Below are positions 10,641 to 22,570 of a stretch of DNA of 64,000 bases, piece after piece. Source of the stretch: Lytechinus pictus (Eukaryota); NCBI RefSeq assembly GCF_037042905.1, contig NC_087250.1, positions 5,458,001-5,522,000 of the forward strand, given 5' to 3'. Position numbers and translations under genes: made by a program. The notes beneath the pieces were generated by a model, which ran no database searches, was not told where the DNA came from, and saw nothing but the letters and a program-made list of their open reading frames with translations. Within the stretch, counting starts at the first letter, position 1, and every line of letters starts with the position of its first letter.

Positions 10641-13600
10641 TAGTCCAGGATAGGCCCCATAGAAAATTGACCAAACCTTGTTTTTTCATATATACAATAT
10701 TTTTTTATGGTTTCTTGTCAATTCGAGGATGATGACACTCGTGTAACCTTGAGCATTTTCCGCAAATAGGCAAAATCCAATATGGCCGCCAAAATATGCA
10801 AATTACCAATGAAAATCATAAAATTGTCCGCCCATTGGCTATGAAGTGCATGAAATTGTGTGGCAGGAGTGTAATACTCTCTGAAAAAATAATTTTTGAC
10901 AAATATTTATTTTCCTGATATTCAAAATGGCCCCCATAGGCCATTGTATATTCTATTATGTACAATATGAATAGGGAAAACTAATTTTCACAAAAATGAG
11001 CACTAAACTGCAAAAAATCGCGATGTATGAACAAAGTAATACATGCAAATCATCATTACTAACGAGATATATCATTTATTATGTCATATATGGGAACATT
11101 GCTGGGTCATTCTAAAAAAAATGTTACAATTCACAAAAACGTGTCTCGACTATCTTATGGCTGCTAGCTTCACAACCCTGAACATTTTCTACAAAAATAT
11201 TATCAAGAAAATGACAATAATAGACTAGCTCCACAAAACATATACGACCAGTGACTAGTAAAGCTCTAATTTTATTACAAAAGCCTTTTATTTGTGTTTT
11301 TTGTTAGAATCGACACTGTCTCGGGTCAGTTTTAGATTTTACTATCATTCTCTTTCCTAAGTAGTCTGTATTTCTTACCTACTTTAATGTCTGGTGAGGG
11401 CAGCTTGGTGTAAACGTCTTACATACTGCGCTTATCCTAGTATTTGATGATCCCTTTGTGATTAATTTCACTTTTAACTTTGTCCCAATTTCATTTTAAC
11501 CTCCGTAACGAATACTGCCACAAGTTTTTCTCCCTTTCAAACTAAATCATATTATGTGATAATGTGTCTGCAAGTAGAGTGATATTCATTAATAAATAAT
11601 TGCTGTGGAATTGTCATATGTGTTTCCAGTATTACACGAAAATAAAGGACTACCCTAAAAATGAAATGTATGACTAAACAGCTTTAACATCCGTAACGCA
11701 CCTTAAGAAAATATGCACTTTGGCAGTTCTGTTAAGGATTCAGTATTATATAGGATAAGAGACACCTTTCATAATAAATACAATTTTCAAAGGTAGGGCT
11801 GCTAAATAAGGGCCACGTTGGACCATAAAGCATAAAGACATTAACTTCCGTAACGCATTAACTTCCGTAACTTTTTTTATTGAATATGCTACAAATTTGT
11901 GCTACACTGAATCACTCCGGATCATACAGATATAAATCATATAAGGTACCCTCCACCTACTTACCCATAAAAATAATAGCTATACATCCTTGTCAAATTA
12001 TTATTGCACACCTTTTTTCAACATCACTTTGAAAATAGGGAAAATTGCCAGCGAAAACAATTTCCCGAGAATTATATATGATATTTAATGCTTTTGGAAT
12101 TTTAAATAATTCATACTACAAATTTTGAATATTGGCATCTTCTTTAGACCAAAAAATTTCTAACTTCCTTTGCTATGTAAAGTGCATTAACTTCCGTAAC
12201 AATTACTGTTACGGAAGTTAATACACTTCTCTGCTGTAATTTGCTGAGATTGATAGTACGACTCTAGTTCAAGAATAGGTGACATGGCTTTGTCTAATGC
12301 TGAAGTCGGCAGAAATGGTGTAGAGAAAGGGAAGAAGGAGAAAAATTAAGATTTCATGGACAAGGAAAGAGAAAGAAAAACTGTTTGCAATGACTCATGA
12401 GGAGGATTAATGTATCACCGATCAAAAATGTGAGCTCAAAGCGCGAGCTAAAACTTGTGTATAGTCTAACCTGAAAAATTGAAATTCTAGCATTTTTTGT
12501 AAAAATTATCAGGATGTTATCTGAATAAACTATTAATGCGAGTACAAAGTGCTAGCTGATTTTTTCGTATTCTCACTGAAAGCTTGACATTCTAAACACT
12601 CTTTGCACCAATTACAAGGATGGGTATCTTAGTTGAAGCGACTGTGATTTTTTTTATTTTTTTTATCTGAAAACAATAATTTTTGGACGTTTTAATTTTA
12701 GAACAAGATATATATCCAATAAACAATTATTGCAAAGGTAAAACGCGCGCCTTTTGAGGTTTAGTCCCCAAAACGGGACATTCTACTAACTTTTTGTAAT
12801 CATAAAAAGGATGGGTGTCTTGCTAAGGAAATGATGCGCAGCGAGTGCGAAGCGGGAGCTGAAAATATGTGTCATTCCAATATGAAAACCAGACATTTTA
12901 AGCACGCTTTCAAATAAAGAGGACATCAATTGAATAAAAAATAATTTTATGCAATAGAATGCAAAAGAACAAGTGGGGATTACATGTATGTACACCATCA
13001 ATCAACTCTTAATCTTCATGAAGATGTGCATAGACCAAACTGTTTCACTAAAATAATGCAAATCTTTAAAATGGCATAGCTTCGTTATTCCTTGTTCGAT
13101 TTTGATCATATTTGCAGTATTTTGTTTGTCTGATAATTATCTGTTCAGATCATATTTTTCAGCCTGGATGACACCTTTAATGCGCATAAAAAAACGCTGA
13201 AATAATCGATATAGGCCTACTGACATGAAATCATGGAAAGGGGTATTTCAAACACTCACGGTTTGTTGGAATTTATAAATGAAACACGTATTTCGATAAT
13301 CAAACATTTTGGCTATTCATCATTTTTTTAAATCACGAACAGGATGCGTAATTGCGTGTCTCGATGAAACCAAATAATGAAAAAAATCGCGATTAGATCA
13401 TATAGATTCCGTTAATAATTTATGTATTTGTGAAATTTTTGCCTCTTGTTTCCTTCACCTTACTTTTTTATTATTCATTTCCCCATGTCCTTTTTTATTT
13501 TTTTTCTTCTTTTTTCTATCTTTTTTGGCTATTGGCAAGCGGCGGGATTCCTTGTAAACCAGATAACTCATCCTGGTTACGAGACTGCGATTGTTATATT

Positions 13601-16600
13601 TTGTTTATTGCCACAAACTTTAAAGATGAACTGCAATTCTGTGGCCCGGTTATTCAGTTTTCTCATTCCAACTTTGAACAAGAACGACAATAAAATTACA
13701 GTTTCCGTTTCCTGTTCTGTTTTAACATTTTTTTTTTTTTTTTTTTTTTTTTTTTGGGGGGGGGGGCAAATTAAGCTATGTGTTCCACATTCATCTTTAT
13801 TTATTAAAAAAAGGTTAAACGAATACCTATATATGGATTTTCCTAAGCTAACAAATAAATACTACAATTTGTAACTTGATTTAACTTCCGTAACGAAGAT
13901 TGACAAGGATAAATGCCACTCGAGGATTTGATGGTAAAGTATCTTGGGATTCCCAGAATTGGTCATGCATTGCTTAGGACCTTGCTTAGAATTACTTAGG
14001 GCAAGAAAGTTTTAAGATGAACTACAATTCTGTGGCCCGATTATTCGGTTTTCTCATTCCAAATGTGAACAAGAACAACAACAAAATATGACAGTTGTCC
14101 GTTTCCTGTTCTGTTTTAACATTTTTTATTTTTTTGGGGGGTGGGTGGGAAAATTAAGCAATGCGTTCCACATTCATCTTCAATGAATGAATAAAAAATG
14201 TTATACCAATACCTTAATATGGATGTTCCTAAGCTGAAAAAAAAGGGTTGCAATTTGTAACTTGATTTTAACTTCCGTAATGAATGTTGACAAGGTTAAA
14301 TGCCATCGAGAGGATTTAATGGTAAATTATCTTTGGATTCCCAGCATTGGTCATGCATTGCTTAGGATCTCAGGTTATGGATGAAAGTTATATTAAGGTT
14401 GCCTCATTCTAATTATGAACATTAAACTGAACGAAAGATGTGCAATGATTTTTATGGTACTGTTTGTTAAATGTTATTTGGTAAAATCCTGCTTCTGAAA
14501 AACAATATTGAATATTTTTTCTGCAAACATTTTGGCTTCAGTAAATACAATTGTCGATACCACACTGAAACTAAATGGTGTGCATTTCTATTTCAATCAT
14601 TTCAAAAGTGATTTAATTGAGTAACATAAGTGAGCAATGCTAACGATTAACCTACGTAAAATTGATATACAGTACTTGAGTTAATCCGTTCAGTACTTCA
14701 AATTGACGCAACAGTGACTTGTCCTTTTTCTGTTGCCACTTTCTCATTCATTCAACCCATTACGTAGACTTCAGTTTTACGATCCCCCCCCCCCCCCCCC
14801 CATCAATTGTAGCATTTTTTGTGAGAATGACCCTGCTGTATTTTGATGTCTAAAACAGCCGCCACTGGCCCAAAGGGTATAATGTACAATGCCAGCGGCC
14901 GGGGGGGGGGGGGGGCAAAAATGGCAAGAGTATACGGACTAAAAACATTATCATTAGTATGCCACTTATGTGATAAATGCTCTATTTTGAAATCCAAAAT
15001 GGCCGCCATGGGCCCTATATTTATCATGTACAATGCGAATGGAGAAACTAATTTTCACACGAGTAAGAAACATAAAATGCATGTAATTGTGATTTACAAG
15101 TAAAATATTGTCTGACAACATGTTTTATAGCAAGACATGTAATTTCTTTTGTCATGCATGAAATAAATGCTGTAATATAAAATTCAAAATGGCCCTTGTA
15201 GGCCCTGACAGTATTATTTACAATGTGAATGGGTACATATAATTTTGTAAGAATTTTGATTTGCTTGACTATGACACATCCATATTATCCTGCTGTATGA
15301 GTAAAATGTTATTTGAAAACATATTTTTTAATATAGCATTTCTTTTGCCATATACATGATATAAGTGATAAATACTGTATTTTGACATTCAAAATATCCT
15401 CTACAAGCCCTAACTAAATTATGTAACATGCAAATAGGGAAACTAATTTTCGCAAGAGAGAGAATCATAAATTGCATATAACTGTGGTGTACGAGTAAAA
15501 ATATTGTCTTAAACATGATTTCTAACTAAATACATCATATATTGGTCGTGGAGGTAATAAATGCTGTACTTTGAAATCCAAAATGGCTGCCATATGTCCT
15601 AAAAGTATTGTGTATTAAACATGGAACATATAATTTTGACAGTTTGGCTTTGCTTGACTCTAAATATTGCATATAATTGTGAATTGTGATGTAAGGGTGA
15701 ATTATTGTCTAAAGCCATGGTTTCTAACGAGATACATCACAATGTTGTGTAATTAAGGTGATAAATGCTGCATTTCTAAATTGAAAATGGCCACCATAGG
15801 CCCTTATCGTATAATATACAATTTGAGTGGAGACAATAATGTTCACAAAAAGGGCATATGGCAGCCGTTTTAAATGTTGAAATGCAGTATTCAACACCTA
15901 AATTACACAAGATATGATATATTTTGTTATAAATCATGTTTTCAGACAACATTTCACTCATACATCACCATTTGGCGCCGGCATTTTGCCAAGCAAAGCA
16001 AAGCCAAATTTTGTTGAAATGATTTGTTCACATTCACAACGTGCATAATAGCGTAAGGGCCTGTAGCGCGGGCCATTTTTACTTTAAAATAACAATATAT
16101 TTCACCTAACTGGCCGAATAAATGATATATCTTAATATAAATTATGCTTTCAGACAATATTTTACTCATAGATCACTATTACGTGCATTTATGGTGCTTA
16201 CTTCTGTTTATGGTGCTTACTTCTTTGCAATGTACATAATACAGTTAATGTCGATGGCGGCCATTTTGAAAGTCAAAATACAATGTTTAACACAAACATG
16301 AAACCTGAGCGATATATTTTATTAGAAAATACGTTTCTAGAGAGTATCCCATTAATTTATCACATGTATATGCATTTTAGTGCTCACACTTGTGATTTCT
16401 TTGCTCCTCTTTCTCATTGTGCATAATATTTCTAGGGCCTTTGGCGGCCATTTTGAATATCAAAATACAATATTCATCAAATACATGGCATATTAATAAG
16501 ATATTTCGAGAACAATTGTGTTTTTAGTCAGTATTCCTTTCGTTTAATCTTAATAACATGCATCTTAGTGATCACTCTTGTGAATTTTTGGCCCCATTGC

Positions 16601-17124
16601 CATTGTACGCAATACAGTTTGGGCCATTGGCTGCTACTTTAAATACCGAAATACAGCAATGTTCCCATATATGACATAATAAATGATATATCTCGTTAGA
16701 ATGATGATTTGCATTTATTACTTCGTTCATACATCGCGATTTTTTGCAGTTTAGTGCTCATTTCTGTGAAAATTAGTTTCCCTATTCATATTGTACATAA
16801 TAGAGTATACAAGGGCCTATGGCGGCCATTTTGAATATCAGGAAAATAAATATTTTGTCAAAAATTATTTTTTTCAGAGAGTATTTCACTCTTGCCATAC
16901 AATTTCATGCACTTCATAGCCAATGTGCGGACAATTTTATGATTTTCATGGGTAATTTGCATATTTTGACGGCCATTTTGGATTTTGCGAATTTGCGGAA
17001 AATATTAAAGGTTACAGGAGTGGCATCATTCAGATTCGTAATCGGCACCCTCGAATTGACAAGATACCATAAAAAATATTGTATATATAAGCAAACAAGG
17101 TTATGCCTCTTCTATTATGGACTA
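10641..17124. mobile_element. 6.5-kb non-autonomous TAG...CTA element (Academ-like)
   Basis: TAGTCCA...TGGACTA termini; ~460-bp imperfect TIRs (10641-11100 / ~16660-17124); CAC TSD at 10638-10640 and 17125-17127; LINE A continues on both sides. Confidence 0.8.
13621..14369 (+). repeat. ~360-390-bp diverged tandem duplication
   Basis: 13621-13980 aligns by eye with 14013-14369. Confidence 0.85.
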
Positions 17125-17565
17125 CACTACTTTATTTTGTAATTGTTAGAGCTAAATGCACAGTCAATCAAAGTACTCGTTAACTGGGTAACACTCGTTG
17201 GCTTCTTGTTGCTATCTGTAACAAACGTTTAGTATGACAACTGGGAATTTTTTTGACAAGTCACAATTAATATCACCAAAACATATAATCAAGTGATGTA
17301 GCTTCCACATTTTCTAGACAATTTCAAGGAAATCAAAAACATGAATACTTTAATCGGGAGGTCTATACCATGGAATAAGTATGAAAGGCATTTGATGTGA
17401 GCGGATGTGAGATTAATTTGAATACGCATCATTTCAAGAGATTTAGACCGAAGATCGTTACGGAGAGTGAAATCGGCAGACTCTTGAATGTATACAATTA
17501 CTCCCCTTCCCGATCTAGTTCTATCTTTTCTCAAAACACGATAACCTGGCATATTTATCTCTTCA
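17125..17565 (-). mobile_element. LINE A, APE endonuclease fragment (continues ~18051-18180)
   Basis: INMPGYRVLRKDRTRSGRGVIVYI and KPTSVTQLTSTLIDCAFSSN motifs. Confidence 0.8.
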
Positions 17566-18050
17566 CCGGGGGGGGGGGGGGGCACTCGACCAAAAAAGTA
17601 GTAGGTCTGTGCCGCGGGCGAGACAAATAACGGGGGCCTTGGAGCGGGCTTATTGTAAAAAGGAGTGTTCTCGGAACTGGCTTCAGAACTGCAAATGTTT
17701 GTGAAAACGGGGGTCCTTGGAACGGGTTGCCTGCGTGTGAGTGCGTATTCATTCCTATGGAACGGGTCGAAGAACAGGCATACGTGCATGAAGCTAGCGC
17801 AGAGGCAATGGTCGGACAGCGCTTTGCGGCTGCTTTTCGCCAAAATTGCGGCTCCTTGTAGCAGATCAATACGGCCGGAACGGCGTAACGGAAAATATGC
17901 GAAGTTTTGGAGCGGCTTTCTTTGTTCTTTTTCTCAAAATGGCAAAAATGCTATGCCTTGGAACGGAAATTTGAGTATAAAAATTGGGGTCCCCTCCGCG
18001 GCACATACACACTATGCTTTATATATTGAGCGCCGCCCCCCCCCCTTGGG
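17566..18050. mobile_element. MITE with 8-bp TSD and poly-G/poly-C subterminal tracts
   Basis: TCTCTTCA at 17558-17565 and 18051-18058. Confidence 0.85.
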
Positions 18051-18390
18051 TCTCTTCATTTGTGATACTGCAATCTAATCATATCAGACTTTTTTGGTTC
18101 AAATGAATTCCCGAAACTCTAATTTCGATGCTGGACAATTTCGTTGAAAGTATTCGCAGGCAGCCATTTTGAAGAAAGCGTCTTAGGGTGATTTGTGCTT
18201 TAAAGCCGTTTATCATATCAATATTCTGTATAAGGGGATAAATCAAAATCTTTGGTCTATTTGAGGAGTTGACATGGTCTTGAACTCCTAATCAAATTAG
18301 ATACAGTAAATAAACTTTTATATGGAAATATATGCCTTGTCTGACTGTTTTAGCATAACACTCGGCTTGATATTTGATGGCAAAGCACTA

Positions 18391-18515
18391 TCAAGCATCA
18401 TCCGCCAGGGAACGCCTTTCAATTCCTGCAAGGACTTTCCTTAATGTTAAATAGACAGTAGGCTGAAGATGTTGAGCAAATGCGGAATTAGTGTTCTGAC
18501 CGGTGAGTGCATGAT
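18391..18515 (-). CDS. Candidate terminal exon of the sushi-repeat gene
   Basis: CTTTCCCTAG acceptor; open in phase 1 for 40 codons to TGA (NHALTGQNTNSAFAQHLQPTVYLTLRKVLAGIERRSLADDA*); no homology evidence. Confidence 0.3.
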
Positions 18516-19874
18516 CTAGGGAAAGTTGATTTTTTTTTATCATATGCTATTTTAATTGTGGTTTTCTGAATTTAAAGATATTGTCGATACGATTTATGTT
18601 TGATAATGAAAGATATATTATTCTTAATTTACTTTGTCTTTGTTAATGAAGAAAATATAGTTTATTGACTTGATTGATAATCTATATCTGTATTTGTTAT
18701 TGTTAGATTTGTATTACTTTTGATACTGATATTGTATTATGTAATGTCTGGTAATTATGTTAATCATGGGTATGTTTATATTTTGCTATCATACAGAGGC
18801 TGTTCTTTTTTGGTTGTTCAGTAAAATGGTCCAGAAGCAAGGACCTATAATAACAATAATAATAATAAAAATGTTAATAATAATCATTACAGTATTTGAA
18901 TGATAATAATCATGATAATTATTGTGGACGACTCGAGCTTTGTAAATGTTTTATTGCATCTTCTTCATTCCTGAGTAAATTATCTGTTTCTTTGTTTAGT
19001 TTGTTCATGCATGTCTAATGTAATAATACACAAGTGGAAAACAAATTTCTTTGTAATCATGTTTGCGAAGACAAAAAGAAAAATCTTGTATCTTGTATAA
19101 ATATATTTTATCTTGTTACATCTCACCTTCCACTTACAAATTATTGTTTCTTTTTTCTTTTGTTTGCATTTTTGGCTATTTTACATTGCTCTTTATATTC
19201 AACGGTAGTAAAAAAGTGATACCACAGTTTGAGACTACTACCTACCTAGCAGTGATCTAGAGGGTCGATACTAACTACCTATGGTATCAAACATGTTCTG
19301 AGGTGTGGATGTTATTTGGGTGCCATGGCAATAGCTTGAAATGTAACTTATACATTTAGCAACCAAAATATCTTTGTTTAGCACTGTAAAAATAGGGGAA
19401 ATTGAAGATAAATCATATCCTACAACGTTTTTTTAATCAGTTTTTTTTTTCAGAGAAAACAAAGCTTTACCATTATTAGAACTCACGAGATCACAACAAT
19501 GAGTTTAAAGCCCTATTACTTAGTCAAAATCGAAGAGAATTTAATCAAATATTGCATTATGATTGATAATTGTATCGGTAAGATGGATAATCTATCTACA
19601 TTGCTGCTAATTGTTTGCTCGTTCAAGACTGCCTTCGCCAGGAAACACTCTCAGTTCTTAGAAATTGCGGGAAGATACTCAACCTCAAAAATTCAATTTT
19701 CAATAACAAACAAAGAAATACTGCACTTTATTCAAAACCCATGTCACTTTCACCAAACTTTGCAAAGCTGTAGAGAAAGGTATATCTAAGAGACGCAAAC
19801 GTTAAACAAAATATGGGCTCATTTGCTTGTTTTCAAACTATCAGCACTCTTATTACAGCAAATTTGCTTCTTAA

Positions 19875-20639
19875 CCCTAAATCTGCCGGCGTATTTCGAT
19901 TCTTGTTATTCGGGGGGGGGGGGGCACTATGCCACTCCCTTTAGCATCTCAGCCGCGGATAGCGCGATCACAACGAAAATTTGCATGATGGTAGAGTATG
20001 ACGTACATGTAATCTATGCAGACTGCATAGATTACATTTTACCAGTTGCATTGTTATTTCATATGAATTAATTATGCTCATTCATTCTTGAAATCATACT
20101 TTTTTGCTCTGATTCACTAAATAAAGCTCAAAGAATGCTCTTTTTTGATGAAAATATTATTTCTTCTTTTAGCATTCTTAACAATTTTGAATGAAAATAA
20201 AATTCTGGTACCAAGACCGATTTTATTGGTTTTTCTAAATTTCTTATGTATTTCTTTGTTTGTTTACTTTTCCTCTTTTATTGTTTTTCAATGGAAATCG
20301 TTCCAGACTTAATTCTGATCATAAACAAGGCAAAATTCATAAAGTTCAATCAGTAAAAGTAGAAATAATGATATATTCATTAATGTGGGCTTATCGCAAT
20401 CTGCATTGGATTTGTACATGAAATCACTTTTATGAGCAATTTGGGGTCTGACATGCACTTACATAATGTTGCGTAATGTCGTAACCGCGTACCCGGGCGT
20501 CACAAATAGGGTCTCAAAATTTGCAGAAGACTTGAAAGTAAAAAGCCAATGAGCGGCAAGGTCAAAAAATTGTGCGCAGCAGATATATCACGAAAATTGT
20601 CGAGGGGGCATTATGCCCCCCCCCCCCGGAGGATAAGGG
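19875..20639. mobile_element. Non-autonomous piggyBac-type element
   Basis: TTAA|CCCT...AGGG|TTAA. Confidence 0.8.
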
Positions 20640-21270
20640 TTAAAACACGCGATAACGAGCACAAAGCAGGATTTATGTGAGGAAAAATTCCGAGCCACTT
20701 TTCCATTTTTTCAAACTCGGGGTCATATTCATAATACTTTGCAGCACTACAGAGAAACTATTTTGAAATTGAAGAGGAATAACATAAAAAAATGGAATAA
20801 TTCCAGTTTATTAGCTTCATAAAATAACACATCAGATCTGCAGATAAGGAGAAAAATCAGCTCACATTACCTACAGCTGATTAAATCACCAGTTCATTGT
20901 GACGCCAGCGTGAATAATGGTAAATATGCACAGGTCTTGATGCGCACAAACATTACTGTGGAACGTTCTTAAATCATGAAGTTTTCAGATCAGAATATAA
21001 AAAAAAAGAAAATTGCGTTCGCGCTTCACGCTAACATTATTAATGTAAAAAAAACATCTAATTACCCATCCTTTTCCTGATTTATAAAGCATGAAGAGAA
21101 TGTCCCGTTTTCAGGTCTGAAATCTTAATTTTGTTATTGTTCGCGCTTCCCGCTTGCATAATTGTATAGTTATATACCAATGCTGTTTAAGATTACAAAC
21201 TCGCTTAGGATGTCCTTTTTTAGGTCTGAAATCTTAATTTTGTTTCAGCTCGCGCTTCGCCCTCGCTTCA

Positions 21271-22570
21271 ATTGACCGGTTCGGCGTCGCCCTCTCGTCC
21301 GGCTTTGCAGGGTCCCCCGCGGCGATAATTCTTTTTCGGAGTCCCGATGCTTGCCGAGGGCTGTGGGCGATGTATACCTACGGTTGTCGGTGGGGTCTGG
21401 GGTCCGTCCGGGAGTGTGTCGTTGTTGGGGGTTCTGTTCGGTCGGCTGGGGGTGCGGTGTTGGTCTTGTGGAGGCGGTGGTCGGGGTGGGCTGTTGGACG
21501 TGGTACTTTGCGGACCGGGCTTGCCTAAGTAGCGCTCTGGTCTCCGTACCTGGCGCATCGGAGCCGTTAACCGCGGAGGAATGTATTGCCCCCTGGTTTA
21601 GATTATTGCACAGTACATTGTACGTATGGCTTGGTCCACCATACTTGATCATTACCACTTTTTATATATACTTTATGTAGATCTATTTGTATGCATGCAC
21701 ATTACTTATTGATTTACCAATTCATATATGTTATTTATTATTTATTACAAAGTATAGGAAGTTACAATGTCATAAATACCCCCTCTCTCTCTCTCACTTC
21801 CTTGCTCTCCTACCTCAGCCGCGCAGCTTTTAACTTTTTTTTACTACAGTATTACATAGGTGTTTTTATTGCTATATAATGGATGATTTATTGTCTCCAT
21901 GTCTCCATCTAAGCATCCTCACATCAGGGTGCCCTTCATATTGACTTATGTTTGAGTGGATGTACGGTGTACTGTCTGAGCGTATGATTAACATATTTGT
22001 AGAGGAGTGTACATGGGGGGGGGGGGGGGGGGGGTTGTGTGTAGAATGTGAGGAAATGTGCGTGGTTCTTTTGAACACTGGGTAGTTGTTGTATGGTGAT
22101 TGCGGTCGCGACAGAAGGGTACTCTGGTGTGGGGGTTGCTGGGTGGAGGTACAGTGCCAGTCGTACGTCCTCGGCACCTGTTTGCCTGTTTCGGTCAGAG
22201 AGCATTAGATAATCTATCGTTCTCTGGTAGGACGGGTACACGGGTGTTGAGATGTGTGACTGGTACTGTGCAAGTAGGTTGCACAATTGCATTGTCCTAT
22301 TTCTCTCTAACTTCTCTTCTATTTTTCTCATCTATCCTCTATGATCTCATTCTCCCCCTTACCTTCTCTCTCTTTTCTTCTCGTACAATTGTGCAATACA
22401 TATTTTAAAAGTTATGATTGTTTGTTTAATGTATTATTTATGTCATTGTTTATCGTATTCATGTTTGTAACTATGCCCGAAAGTGAATTTTGTGTATTTT
22501 TATACATGACAATAAATTATCTTGAATTGAATTGAATTGAATTGAATTCTTGAATTCTTGAATTGAATTG
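21271..22570 (+). mobile_element. Probable 5'-truncated retroposon 3' region ending in AATAAA plus (GAATT)n tail
   Basis: Composition shift; inserted within a GCTCGCGCTTCGC repeat array; microsatellite tail at ~22522-22570. Confidence 0.5.
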
